Shown: positions 18,850-29,167, counted from the stretch's first letter. The stretch: DNA of 64,000 nucleotides from Candidatus Cloacimonadota bacterium (GCA_963667255.1 OY762940.1:736001-800000), one strand, 5' to 3'. Made by a program: numbers and translations. Notes: a model not told the origin generated them from the sequence alone.

Positions 18850-19287
18850 AAAAAATAAGTTTTATCCTCCAACTGAAGAAGCGAAAATTGAGCTCTTGGA
18901 GAAGATGAAAATCGTTGCGGACAAATATGGGATTGAGCTTAATGTGTGCGGTTGTGAGGGAGATTATTCCCATTTGGGTGTGAAAAATAATGGTTGTATC
19001 AGTCTCGGATATTTGCAAAATCTTATAGGCGAAGAGTTGAAAATTGGCGATGACAATAGTGGTCGTTCGGGCTGTAAATGCGTTGAAGTTGTGGATATCG
19101 GCACTTACAATGTTTGCTCCCACAATTGCCTCTATTGCTATGCGAACGGGACGAAAGCGGAGATGGATTACAAATTGGCGGATTACAATCCCGAGTCGCC
19201 AGCCTTGTGTGGTAGAGTGAAATCGTCCCAAACCATAAAATTGTTCTCTAAAAGTTATTCAAATATTACGGGGCAACGGCAGATTTT

Positions 19288-19938
19288 CTAATAAAGCAGA
19301 TAGCCACCTTTTTCTCGTAGCCATTTTTTTGCCTCTTTGTAATCGGGGTAAAACGCCTCTAGATTGTTCCAAAAAGATTTGCCGTGGTGCGGATAAGTAA
19401 GATGTGTAAGCTCGTGAGCCACAACATAGCTAATAATTTTTTCGGGAGCTTTTACCAGATTCCAGTTCAGATTGATATTGCCGAGCGAAGAGCAGGAGCC
19501 CCAGCGAGTTCTGGCGGAGGACAGCTTGAGATTTTTGTAGGAGATGCTCATTTTTTGACAGCACAAATCGGTTAGTTGAGCAAAAATTTTTCGGGCATTG
19601 TTCTGATACCATTTATTCAGAAGTGACTTGGGATTTTGGGTTTCTTTGTGAAAAATGGTGATGGTATTTTCGCTTTTTGTGATGTCGTTCTTATCGGCAA
19701 TTTTAGTCTCCAAGATGTAAACTTTCCCCAAAAATAAGATTTTGTTGAGAGCGAAAAAATTTTGGCGGTTTTTCACAAGAGCGTTCTGTTTATCTACCCA
19801 ATTTTGTCTTTTATTCACAAATTTGAGAATTTGCGATTCCGGCAAAAACAATGGAGCTTTGACGATGAGCTTGTCGGGGGACACTATTTGCAAAGAGAGA
19901 CTTTTCCGTTTTTCTCTTTGGATTTCGATTTTTAGCAT
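19288..19938 (-). CDS. M48/YgjP (DUF45) family metallo-hydrolase
   Basis: KRKSLSL, TRWGSCS..G.INLN and YVVAHELTHL...HGKSFW; ATG 19938 preferred as start. Confidence 0.88.
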   Translation of the reverse strand: MLKIEIQREKRKSLSLQIVSPDKLIVKAPLFLPESQILKFVNKRQNWVDKQNALVKNRQNFFALNKILFLGKVYILETKIADKNDITKSENTITIFHKETQNPKSLLNKWYQNNARKIFAQLTDLCCQKMSISYKNLKLSSARTRWGSCSSLGNINLNWNLVKAPEKIISYVVAHELTHLTYPHHGKSFWNNLEAFYPDYKEAKKWLREKGGYLLY

Positions 19939-20687
19939 TTTATTTGGAAAAAATTGCAGGCATTTTGATAAGTTAGTTTGGCAATTTTTTCGGCAGATTC
20001 TCCTCTGATGGAAGCGATTTTTTGGATAACATAGGGCAAATTTAGCGGAGAGTTTCTTTTGCCTCTGTTCGGGTGCGGAGTAAGGAAAGGGCAATCGGTT
20101 TCCACCATAAACTTGTTGGCTGGCATCTGCCGTATCAACTCTTCTTGGACATCTTTGTTGAAGGTGATAGCACCTCCGAGAGCTATCGACCAATCGTTGT
20201 CAAAAATCAAGTTTGCATATTCATAATTCCCGCTGTAGCAATGGAATAGCACATTTTTTGGGGAGTATTTTTTCAAGAGGCGATAGCAATCTTTGTAGGC
20301 ATCGCGGCAGTGGACGATGATGGGTTTGTCCAATTCGACGGCTAACTCCACTTGTGCGGAAAATGCCATTTCTTGTTCTTCGCGGGGGCAGTAATTTTTA
20401 AAATAGTCCAGCCCGATTTCGCCGATAGCCACCACTTTTTTGTTGTCAGCCAATTCGCGAAGCAAATCCAAATCCATGGTTTGAGCATCGTGTGGATGGT
20501 AGCCGACAGAGGCATAAATGAATGGGTATTTTTCCGCCAAATCTATGGAAGCCAAACAGCTTTTGCTGTCTGTCCCGACATTGACCATTTTGCTTACGCC
20601 CAGTTTTTGTGCAGACTCTATTATCTCTTCACGGTCTTGGTCAAAATCTGCAAAGTCAAGATGCATATGGGTTTCAAAAATTTTCAT
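19932..20687 (-). CDS. tatD: TatD family hydrolase (DNase)
   Basis: ETHMHL, GYHPH, GEIGLDY, VHCRDA and ETDCPFLTP. Confidence 0.93.
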   Translation of the reverse strand: MKIFETHMHLDFADFDQDREEIIESAQKLGVSKMVNVGTDSKSCLASIDLAEKYPFIYASVGYHPHDAQTMDLDLLRELADNKKVVAIGEIGLDYFKNYCPREEQEMAFSAQVELAVELDKPIIVHCRDAYKDCYRLLKKYSPKNVLFHCYSGNYEYANLIFDNDWSIALGGAITFNKDVQEELIRQMPANKFMVETDCPFLTPHPNRGKRNSPLNLPYVIQKIASIRGESAEKIAKLTYQNACNFFQIKC

Positions 20688-21490
20688 CTCAGAGCGTCTT
20701 CCAAAGTTACAGATTTGTCGGATTTACTGTCACGATATTTGATGATGATAGGGCAGTAGAGACTGAAATCGTGATTGCTTTTCAGAGTCCGCGAACCACC
20801 GACAACCACAGCTCTTTCTGGAATAACGGGAGCTTTGTCCGGTTCGGTCTTCAGAAATTCGTTTTTGGTGGCATCAAACACGGGAGTTCCCTTGGTGATA
20901 ATCACTCCGGGAGCGATGATGCTCTCTTTTTTGATTAGAACACCTTCGTAGATACCGCTATTGCCACCGATGAAAACATCGTCCTCAATGATAACAGGAT
21001 TTGCTCCTATCGGCTCTAACACGCCTCCGATTTGAGCGGCAGCGGACAGATGCACTCTTTTGCCGATTTGGGCACACGAACCCACGAGAGCATGAGAATC
21101 TATCATGGAATCTTCGTCCACATACGCCCCCACATTCACATAGGCGGGAGGCATCATGGTAACTCCGGGAGCCAAATAAGCTCCGTTTCGCACAGAAGAA
21201 CCTCCGGGAACAATTCTGACTTTGTTGCTTAAACTGAATTTTTGCTCGGGGTAAGTCGATTTATCCAAAAAGTGATGGTGACCATATTTGGCAAATTCCG
21301 TTATTTTCCCGAGACGAAATCCGACGAGGATACCTTTTTTTACCCATCCGTTGACAGCCCAAGAGCCGTTTTCATAGTTAGCGGCACGAATTTCCCCTTT
21401 GTTCAGAGCGATAATAAATTCGTGAAAAATCTCCAACGACTCTCTGGAATATTCGGTCTTATCGTAAAGTGCTTCGATACTTTTTTTCAT
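20684..21490 (-). CDS. dapD: 2,3,4,5-tetrahydropyridine-2,6-dicarboxylate N-succinyltransferase
   Basis: WVKKGIL, RIVPGGS, YVNVGAYV, VGSCAQIG and IGGVLEP. Confidence 0.92.
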   Translation of the reverse strand: MKKSIEALYDKTEYSRESLEIFHEFIIALNKGEIRAANYENGSWAVNGWVKKGILVGFRLGKITEFAKYGHHHFLDKSTYPEQKFSLSNKVRIVPGGSSVRNGAYLAPGVTMMPPAYVNVGAYVDEDSMIDSHALVGSCAQIGKRVHLSAAAQIGGVLEPIGANPVIIEDDVFIGGNSGIYEGVLIKKESIIAPGVIITKGTPVFDATKNEFLKTEPDKAPVIPERAVVVGGSRTLKSNHDFSLYCPIIIKYRDSKSDKSVTLEDALR

Positions 21491-21494
21491 CTTA

Positions 21495-21920
21495 TCATCC
21501 TTCGTTATAAAACAATTCATTGAGTTGCATTTGGGCAACCATTTTTTGATATAGTTCTTTGTCTATTCTCGCAGCTTTACCGTTTTTGGCAAACACTCCG
21601 ATGATATCAGCCGTGGCACACAGTGTTTTGTCGGCATTGTATATCTCCTGATACCAATTACATCTAAGGCGACTTTGTTTTTTCACAAAACTTTTAATCA
21701 CAATGTCTTCCGCAAAATTAATCTGTTTCAGATATTTGATGTGAATATCCGTAACAAAAATAGCCACATTTTGCTGGAGCAAATATTGCAAGGATACCCC
21801 GATTTTGCTCAAAGATATAGACCGTGCTTCCTCCAAAATCCGCAGATAGTTGGAGTTGTTCAGATGTCCGTAAAAATCACATTCATAACCAAAAATGTGT
21901 CGATAATACTCAATTGCCAT
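21495..21920 (-). CDS. Acyl-CoA thioesterase (YbgC/FadM hot-dog family)
   Basis: ECDFYGHLNNSNYL..LEEAR. Confidence 0.88.
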   Translation of the reverse strand: MAIEYYRHIFGYECDFYGHLNNSNYLRILEEARSISLSKIGVSLQYLLQQNVAIFVTDIHIKYLKQINFAEDIVIKSFVKKQSRLRCNWYQEIYNADKTLCATADIIGVFAKNGKAARIDKELYQKMVAQMQLNELFYNEG

Positions 21921-22061
21921 AATAAAAATCCTAATCAAATTTTATAGATTGTAACTGAAAATTTATTCGCATGAGGTCAACGATTTTATAAAAATTTGTT
22001 GACAAAGTTTCACAAACTAAACTTTTGCACAAAATGAAATATTTAATATGATGAAAAGTTT

Positions 22062-22661
22062 ATGGGATTGAGAGAAAAGAAAAAAGAGAAGAGAAGAGAA
22101 TTAATCTTGAAAGAGTTTGATGCTCTTTTGTCGGAACATGGGCTTGATGGGTTCACGCTGAAAGATATATCCGACAATCTCGAGATTTCTCTTCGAACCT
22201 TGTATAATTATTACCAAAACAAAGAGGATTTGATTTCTGACTATTTGGGGAATAAGGTGAAGTCTCATTTGGAAGAAGTGGAAAAATTGGGGATGCTGGT
22301 TGGAGAAGATTTTTGTGAGGACATGCATATTTTGATTTCATGGTTTTTGAAAATATTTTTTTCCGACAAAAATTTGAAGAAAGCTTGGATACGAGATTTT
22401 TTAGCAAAAATGAAATCAGGCTCTATAGAAAGAGCCAATGAGCATGAAAAAATAGCTAACGGGTTTATTACTCTGATTTATCGGGTGGTATGTATGCACA
22501 ATGATAAGTTGAAACACTCTTCTTTTTTGATTGCGGAAATTTTCATAGCTATTTTCAAAGATATTTTTATCAAGATTGCTAAAGGGAGTTTAGATTTTGA
22601 GCAGGCACTTGAGGAGTTAGAAAAGAAGATTGTTATTGTTTATGAAGGAGTTGGTAAATAA
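22062..22661 (+). CDS. TetR/AcrR family transcriptional regulator
   Basis: GLREKKKEKRR N-terminus and TLYNYY.NKEDL HTH; lies upstream of an efflux operon. Confidence 0.9.
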   Translation: MGLREKKKEKRRELILKEFDALLSEHGLDGFTLKDISDNLEISLRTLYNYYQNKEDLISDYLGNKVKSHLEEVEKLGMLVGEDFCEDMHILISWFLKIFFSDKNLKKAWIRDFLAKMKSGSIERANEHEKIANGFITLIYRVVCMHNDKLKHSSFLIAEIFIAIFKDIFIKIAKGSLDFEQALEELEKKIVIVYEGVGK

Positions 22662-23422
22662 TGAAAATTTATTATTTTTCTGGAACAGGCAATTCGTTGT
22701 ATATTGCCAAAGAAGTCGCCAAACGACTTGAGGGTGTGGAATTGGTAAGCATTACATCTTGTATGGATAAGCATCTGGTTTTGGAGGGCGAAGTGGGAAT
22801 AGCTTTTCCGCTGTATGCATTCGGTTTACCCAAAATGGTGAAGAGATTTTTGCAAAAGACAGATTTTAGCAAGGTCGTTTATTTCTTCGGTTTGCAAACC
22901 AGAGGAGGTTCTCCGGGGCATGCTTTTGCCGATGCACAGAGACTTGCAGGACGCAAGTTTGATGCCTCTTTCAAAGTGAATATGCCTAACGCTTATTTGC
23001 CACTTGGCGATGTGTATCCAGAGGAAAAGACACAAACTGTTTTGCAAAAAGCCGAAGGGAAGATTGACAAAATCGTGGAGGTGCTATCTGCGAGGAGAAA
23101 GCACAACGAAGGAGATTTTTTCTTGTTAAAGTTGGTTTCAGTTCCTGCATATTGGGTTTGGGCGAAATTTTCCGATTTAGGCAAGAAATATTTTGTTGAC
23201 GATAGTTGTAACGGATGTGGTTTGTGCAATGAAATTTGTCCGTCGGGATGTATTCAGATGAAAGAGGGGAAGCCGATTTGGCAGTCGGGCAAATGTGAGA
23301 GTTGTATGGCGTGCATCAACTACTGTCCTGTGCAATCTATCCAATTGAATGAGAAAACGAGAAAATTTGGTAGATATCATCATCCTGACATCAAATGGGA
23401 ACTGATTGCCGATAAAAGTTGA
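22661..23422 (+). CDS. EFR1 family flavodoxin-ferredoxin fusion
   Basis: YYFSGTGNS plus two CxxCxxCxxxCP motifs and RYHHP. Confidence 0.88.
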   Translation: MKIYYFSGTGNSLYIAKEVAKRLEGVELVSITSCMDKHLVLEGEVGIAFPLYAFGLPKMVKRFLQKTDFSKVVYFFGLQTRGGSPGHAFADAQRLAGRKFDASFKVNMPNAYLPLGDVYPEEKTQTVLQKAEGKIDKIVEVLSARRKHNEGDFFLLKLVSVPAYWVWAKFSDLGKKYFVDDSCNGCGLCNEICPSGCIQMKEGKPIWQSGKCESCMACINYCPVQSIQLNEKTRKFGRYHHPDIKWELIADKS

Positions 23423-23485
23423 GGGAATTCGGGATTGTAATTGTCTAAGATTAGTTGTTATTAAAATGGAAGAGGTTTATAATAA

Positions 23486-24799
23486 ATGAGAAAATTCGTT
23501 TTTGTTGTCTTACTTTTGGGATTTGTGGGTTTGTTTGCCGAAGAGATGAATTTGGAGCAAGCTAAAAAGTTGGCTTTGGAAAATAGTAGCAGTTATAAGG
23601 CGGCTAAGGCTGAATATAAATCGGCTGTTTATGCTACTTGGGGTAGTTTCGTGGATTTATTTGGAACTGCTACGGCTTCTTTTGGTTATACTCAACTTTC
23701 CGACAAAGGAGCTTATAAGGAAGATAATAGCAAATCTTATGGAGTCAATTTCTCTCAGCCGCTTTTTAATAAAGGGGTTAACTGGCTGAGTTACAGGATA
23801 AAAGCTAACACCGAAGAGATGAAAAAACTGGCTTGCGAAGAGGAAGAGTTCGTGGCGACTGCCGATGCGGAGACGAAATATTTTAATTTGCTGATGGCAC
23901 AGAGACAGCTGGAGATTGCCGAGAATGACTTGAAGAGTAGTCAGCAATCTCTGGAGCAAGCGAAAATCAAAAGCAAAACCGGTTCACTATCCAAAGTGGA
24001 TGTCCTGACCATGGAAGCCGAAGTGAAGAGCAAAGAGGTTGATTTGTTGTCCAAGCAAAACAGATATTTGCAAAGCAAGAACGAGTTTTGTGATTTTCTG
24101 CATATTGATGACCAAGATGTAACGCTGGCACCGATAAACTTGAGCGAATATCAAGAGTTGTTTGATAGGGTTAAGCAGTTGGATATTAGTAGATTGAACA
24201 ATGTGATAGAGAAGATTGTTAAACTTGGAGAACAAAGAAACTTGTCGCTTAAGAGTTTGGAAGAGCAAAAAGAGATTGCCGAAAAAGGTAAGTTAATTGC
24301 CGCTTTGTCGCCTCTGCCTACTGTTTCTGCGGCTTATTCGTATTCCAAAAGTGAAAATTATACAGGGAGTTATCAAGCTGCGAGTAAGACGCTTTCTTTG
24401 AGCGTTTCTATGCCGATTTCGTTTTTGCCTTTCTGTGATAAATATTTTGATTATCAAGAGGCGAGATACGAATTGCGTCGTGTAGAGGCGGAAAACTATA
24501 ACACGGAAACAAAATTGAAATTGCAGATAAAGACGGCTGTTTACACCTTTGTAAGTTCTGCCAAGCAAATGGTTTCTGCGGAATTTGGAGTTGATGCTGC
24601 TGCGGGAGTTTTTGAGCAAAATCAGGCGAAATACAAAAATGGTTTGTTGTCTACGGCAGACTTTTTGGACGCTCTTAATACTTATCAATCCGCCCAATTG
24701 GCTTTGGTGCAAGCGAAGAACGACTTCTTTACTGCTCGTTCCGATTTGAAGCGATTGTTGGTGATAAAAGAAGATAGTGAATTAGAGAAATTATTTTAA
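23486..24799 (+). CDS. TolC family outer membrane efflux protein
   Basis: Signal peptide, duplicated OEP helical repeats and position in an RND operon. Confidence 0.85.
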   Translation: MRKFVFVVLLLGFVGLFAEEMNLEQAKKLALENSSSYKAAKAEYKSAVYATWGSFVDLFGTATASFGYTQLSDKGAYKEDNSKSYGVNFSQPLFNKGVNWLSYRIKANTEEMKKLACEEEEFVATADAETKYFNLLMAQRQLEIAENDLKSSQQSLEQAKIKSKTGSLSKVDVLTMEAEVKSKEVDLLSKQNRYLQSKNEFCDFLHIDDQDVTLAPINLSEYQELFDRVKQLDISRLNNVIEKIVKLGEQRNLSLKSLEEQKEIAEKGKLIAALSPLPTVSAAYSYSKSENYTGSYQAASKTLSLSVSMPISFLPFCDKYFDYQEARYELRRVEAENYNTETKLKLQIKTAVYTFVSSAKQMVSAEFGVDAAAGVFEQNQAKYKNGLLSTADFLDALNTYQSAQLALVQAKNDFFTARSDLKRLLVIKEDSELEKLF

Positions 24800-24823
24800 T
24801 TAAAGAAATTACGGAGACTGATA

Positions 24824-25942
24824 ATGAAATTTTTTACGAAGAAGAAAATTATAATTTATGTGGCAGTTTTGGTTGTGATAATTGTTGCCTTGGTAATTGG
24901 ATTGAGTTCTGGTGGGAGTAGCGAAAGTGAAAGCACGGGGAAACAAAAGTCAAGTTCCAAAGAATCTGCTGTAATGGTGTTGGTGCAGGAGTTCAAAAAG
25001 CAAGATGTGCCGGAATATGTGCAAGTCAGCGGAACTCTGCAAGGTAAAGACCAAGTGGAGATGGTTGCCGGCGTTTCTGGGCAACTGAGGAAACTGAACA
25101 AGGGTCTTGGAGAGTGGGTGGAAAAGGGCGAAAGCATCGGAGACATTGAGGCTGACCTAAAGAAAGCCCAATACGAGAATGCAAAAGCTTTGTTTGCTGT
25201 TGCTAAGAGTAACCTCAAAGCTGGCGAACAACTGTATGCTGCCAAACAAATTTCCGAGTCCGAATATCAAGGGATGGTCGCTAATTTTGCAAGTTGTAAG
25301 GCAAATTTGATTTCGGCAAAAAACGCTTATGACTATTCACGAATGGCAGCTCCTGTCAGCGGATACATTACCGATTTGCCTGTGGAAGCGGGGGAGAGCC
25401 TCAGCCCCACGACTTTTGTTTGTAAGATTGTGAATTACAAGAAATTGCAGATAAATACCGGAGTTGGTGAGGCGAGCATTGTGAAGTTGGCGAAAGACCA
25501 AAAAGTGGCCGTAAGCCCAGATGGATTGGAAACTTTGCTGTCCGGTAAAGTAATTGGCGTTGGTAAAGCTCCAGCCTACAATAGTGCTGTTTATCCTGTG
25601 AAAATAGAGTTTGATGGTGTGGACAATCTTTTGCCCGGAATGACTGTTACCGCTCAAGTTGCCGTAGGTGTTTTCGAGAATGTGCAAGCTGTTTCTTACG
25701 ATGCTCTTGTGCAAGTTTATGACGATTACTATGTGTATAAATTGATGAAAGACGATACTGTGAAGAAGACTAAGGTCAAGGTTATCAGAATGGTTGGCAA
25801 TATTGTTATCATTGAGTCTTCGCTTATGGATGGAGATTTTGTCGTTATTGATGGAGTTGATGAGATAGAGGATGGTCAAAAAGTAAGCCCGAATTATTAC
25901 AAGACAACCATCGAAGAAATTGAAGTTCAAGAAGGGGTTTAG
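24824..25942 (+). CDS. RND efflux periplasmic adaptor (MFP) subunit
   Basis: N-terminal TM anchor, lipoyl-like APVSGYI and LLPGMTV. Confidence 0.88.
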   Translation: MKFFTKKKIIIYVAVLVVIIVALVIGLSSGGSSESESTGKQKSSSKESAVMVLVQEFKKQDVPEYVQVSGTLQGKDQVEMVAGVSGQLRKLNKGLGEWVEKGESIGDIEADLKKAQYENAKALFAVAKSNLKAGEQLYAAKQISESEYQGMVANFASCKANLISAKNAYDYSRMAAPVSGYITDLPVEAGESLSPTTFVCKIVNYKKLQINTGVGEASIVKLAKDQKVAVSPDGLETLLSGKVIGVGKAPAYNSAVYPVKIEFDGVDNLLPGMTVTAQVAVGVFENVQAVSYDALVQVYDDYYVYKLMKDDTVKKTKVKVIRMVGNIVIIESSLMDGDFVVIDGVDEIEDGQKVSPNYYKTTIEEIEVQEGV

Positions 25943-25944
25943 TA

Positions 25945-28900
25945 ATGTCGATAGCTAAATTTTCGGTAAAAAATTCGGTTTTAATCAATCTCTTGATGCT
26001 TTTGGTTTTTATAGCCGGAATATTTGCCATGCTCGTAATCCCCAAAGAGGATGCTCCGGCTGTCGATTTCGGTAGAGCCTATATTTGGGTGACTTATCCT
26101 GGTGTGTCTCCAGAAGATATGGAGACTCTGGTAGCTGACAAGATTGAAGACAAGATAGTGGATGTGGATGGCGTTGATTATGTGACTACCACCATTCAGA
26201 CTGGAATGGTAATCTGTATGGTAACCTTTGAGACTGATGTTGATCCAGATGATGCTTGGAACGATGTGAACGATGCTTTTAACAAAATAACTGGTTTACC
26301 TTCTGAGGCTGACGACCCTGTTATTATCAGACTCAATATGCGAGAGGTTAATTCGATTTGCGATATTTCTATGTCCGCTCCTTACAAGGATAAGACAGTC
26401 AATGCGTTGGCGGAAGAGCTATTGGATAAACTCAAAAAAATTAGCAATGTTTCCAAAGCAGAACAATATGGCGATAGGGAAGAGAAAATTTTTGTTGATG
26501 TGGACCCCGACAAGTTAGCAGCTTATGGTTTGACTATGAATTCTATTGCTTCTGCCATCTCTAATAGCAATGTGAATTATCCTGGTGGAGATATAGATTT
26601 CGGTAGTTCGGAGAGGACTGTGCGGACTACTGGTGAATATGGTAATGTTAGAGAAATCCAAGAACAAATAATTACCACCGATGCCAATGGTAGGACTGTT
26701 AAATTGGGTGATATCGCTAATGTCTATTATGGGCATGACGATTTGGAAGTGATCACCAGGCTGGACGGCGAGAAGTCGATACTCTTTGAAGTGTATAAAA
26801 AGGCTTCTGGTAATATTATCGAGGTAATGAAGGATGTCCGCGAAGTTGCCAAGCAATTTGAAGAAGAACATGAGGGCGTGAAGGTCAGCATCAGAAGTGA
26901 TGACTCCAAAGATGTGAAAGACAGTATTTACACACTGGGAACCTCTATGTCTATGGGAATAATTTTGGTTTTCTTTGCAATGTTATTCTTCTTGGGCAAA
27001 AAGAACGCTTTATTCGCCAGCTTGGGAATCCCCTTTTCGTTCTTAATGTGCTTTTTCATTATGTACACCATAGATTATACTATTAATAATTTGTCTCTTT
27101 TTGCTCTTATTTTGGTGCTTGGTATGATAGTGGACGATGCTATCGTGGTGATAGAGAATGTTCACAGGCATATGGAGATGGGCAAAACTCCTGAAGAAGC
27201 TGCTATAGTCGGCACGGAAGAGGTTACTTATCCTGTTATTGCCGCTGTCGCCACGACTGCTGCCGCTTTCTTGCCGATGCTACTGATGAAGGGTATGATG
27301 GGCAAATTTTTGAGTGTGTTTCCTGTTGTGGTGTCTATTGCTCTGTTCTGTTCTTTGCTAGAGAGTTTGGTAATTTTGCCCAGTCACTTAGCAGACTTTA
27401 GTAAGCAAATTACCGTGAAAAAGCCACATAAAATTCATCAGAAGATGTTGGAAATATACCAAAAATTTGCTATCTATTTTTTGAGGCATCGCCTATTGAC
27501 TATCCTCGGTGTTGTCTTACTTCTTCTTGGTAGTTTCGGGATGATGCTTGGTGGCTTGGTCAAGTTTGAGTTTTTCCCGAGTAGTCCAGGTACGAGTATG
27601 TCGCTCGAAATAAAAACGCCTGTTGGTACTTCTTTGGAAAAAACGGAGGAGATAAGTAGCAAAATCGAGAAGTATATAGGCAAAGAGATGCCTCAGAAAG
27701 ATGATGTGACAGCGGTTGTAAGCTATGTGGGGATGATGTCGGAAAATCATAGACCTACTGTGCGAACCAATTATATTACAATTAATATCGATTTGGTTGA
27801 CCCAGATGATGCCTCTTTTGAGCAAAGCGAGATTAAAACATCTATCAGGAGTTTCTTGAAAAAAATCCCTGAAGTGGTTTACATAGAGTTCGCTGAAGGC
27901 ACGGATGGTCCTCCTGTTGATGATGATATCTCTTTGCGTATATCTGGGGACGATTTGGACAAATTGGCGATAATCTCGGATAATGTGCAGAGTATGCTGA
28001 AAACTATTCCTGGAGTGGAAGATTTGAAGGACAATTTGGATTTCACCAAAAAGCAAGTGGAGATTGTTCCCAATCGTAAGAAGTTGGCTGAATACGGCTT
28101 TAGCGTGCAGGATCTCGGTGTTGCTGTTTGGACTGCAGTCAACGGGAGAACAATAGGTCAATATAGAGGGCAAGGAGTGGATGAGTGTGACATCACGCTG
28201 CGTTTGGACAAAGACAAAGTTGGCGACTTGGAGCAGTTGAAAGACTTCAAAATTCTCTCTCCTTCTGGCGACCTTGTGCCTTTGAGGTCTCTTGCTGATT
28301 TTAAGGTTAATTTGGGAATAGGTACAATCAGTCATCGCAATGGAGATCGAATAGTGATTATCAAGGGTAGCTGTGGAATGTATGAAAAAGATGGTAAGAT
28401 GGTTAAGAGGACACCTTCCGAGGTAACGACTTTGCTTATGGGGAATAAGATAACTGGAGAAAAGGGGTTATTGGCAGATTTCAACAGTAAATATTCAGGA
28501 TATCAGTTGGAATTTGGCGGTCAAGCCGAGCAACAAAGGGAATCATATAATTCTCTTATTCTCGCTTGTATAGTGGCAGTGATAATTATCTATACTATTT
28601 TGGCGTGGCAGTTCAAAAGTTATGTGCAACCGTTCATCGTTTTGCTCTCGTTACCCTTTGCTTTCATTGGAGTTATTTTCGGCTTGGCTGTTACGAGATT
28701 GCCATTTTCTTTGCCGACATTTATCGGAGTGGTCGGACTTGTTGGTGTGGTGGTGAACGACTCATTGGTGCTGGTGGATTTTGTTAACAGGCTACGAGAA
28801 GAGGGGCACGACCGCTGGAGCTCGCTGATAGAGGCAGGCAAGATTCGTTTGCGTCCAATTTTTCTCACTACTTTCACGACGATAGCTGGATTTTCGCCGA

Positions 28901-29106
28901 TGATTTTATCCACTAGCAGTGCCTCCCAAGACTGGAAGCCCATTGCAGTGGCTATGGCGTTCGGTTTGGCATTTGCAACTTTGCTGACTCTTTTGGTGTT
29001 GCCGTGTATGTATTCGATAGTTGATTCCGTTTTTGGCAAATTTGGTATGACCCGTTTCAAACAACACATCAGTCTTGATGAAGCTTTGCGAAGAATGGGT
29101 GAATAA
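25945..29106 (+). CDS. RND efflux permease (AcrB/AcrD/AcrF family)
   Basis: 1053 aa; GMIVDDAIVVIENV, GVVVNDSLVLVD and RLRPIFLTT. Confidence 0.93.
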   Translation: MSIAKFSVKNSVLINLLMLLVFIAGIFAMLVIPKEDAPAVDFGRAYIWVTYPGVSPEDMETLVADKIEDKIVDVDGVDYVTTTIQTGMVICMVTFETDVDPDDAWNDVNDAFNKITGLPSEADDPVIIRLNMREVNSICDISMSAPYKDKTVNALAEELLDKLKKISNVSKAEQYGDREEKIFVDVDPDKLAAYGLTMNSIASAISNSNVNYPGGDIDFGSSERTVRTTGEYGNVREIQEQIITTDANGRTVKLGDIANVYYGHDDLEVITRLDGEKSILFEVYKKASGNIIEVMKDVREVAKQFEEEHEGVKVSIRSDDSKDVKDSIYTLGTSMSMGIILVFFAMLFFLGKKNALFASLGIPFSFLMCFFIMYTIDYTINNLSLFALILVLGMIVDDAIVVIENVHRHMEMGKTPEEAAIVGTEEVTYPVIAAVATTAAAFLPMLLMKGMMGKFLSVFPVVVSIALFCSLLESLVILPSHLADFSKQITVKKPHKIHQKMLEIYQKFAIYFLRHRLLTILGVVLLLLGSFGMMLGGLVKFEFFPSSPGTSMSLEIKTPVGTSLEKTEEISSKIEKYIGKEMPQKDDVTAVVSYVGMMSENHRPTVRTNYITINIDLVDPDDASFEQSEIKTSIRSFLKKIPEVVYIEFAEGTDGPPVDDDISLRISGDDLDKLAIISDNVQSMLKTIPGVEDLKDNLDFTKKQVEIVPNRKKLAEYGFSVQDLGVAVWTAVNGRTIGQYRGQGVDECDITLRLDKDKVGDLEQLKDFKILSPSGDLVPLRSLADFKVNLGIGTISHRNGDRIVIIKGSCGMYEKDGKMVKRTPSEVTTLLMGNKITGEKGLLADFNSKYSGYQLEFGGQAEQQRESYNSLILACIVAVIIIYTILAWQFKSYVQPFIVLLSLPFAFIGVIFGLAVTRLPFSLPTFIGVVGLVGVVVNDSLVLVDFVNRLREEGHDRWSSLIEAGKIRLRPIFLTTFTTIAGFSPMILSTSSASQDWKPIAVAMAFGLAFATLLTLLVLPCMYSIVDSVFGKFGMTRFKQHISLDEALRRMGE

Positions 29107-29122
29107 TTTTAAATAAAATATG

Positions 29123-29154
29123 AAGGGCATTTTAAACTTAATGCCCTTTTTTTT
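29123..29154 (+). terminator. Rho-independent terminator of the RND operon
   Basis: AAGGGCATT / AATGCCCTT stem followed by a T-run. Confidence 0.75.
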
Positions 29155-29167
29155 GTTAGGAGAAAAG

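Larger units (their letters stand above)
17231..19291 (+). pseudogene. DUF1848 family gene interrupted by an IS
   Basis: N-part IVSVSRRTDIP...WRYDPI; C-part C.C...DIGTYNVCSHNCLYCYAN. Removing the IS and one TSD restores one 313-aa reading frame. Confidence 0.9.

Noticed and set aside
19939..20193. N-terminal extension of the M48 ORF (301-aa version)
   Set aside because: It overlaps tatD in another frame; family similarity begins at MLKIEI (19938).
27517..28335. Long antisense ORFs (272 aa here; also 32603-33442, 47555-48313, 932-1642 and 35269-35946)
   Set aside because: They lie fully opposite well-supported genes and have no motifs, so they are codon-bias shadows.
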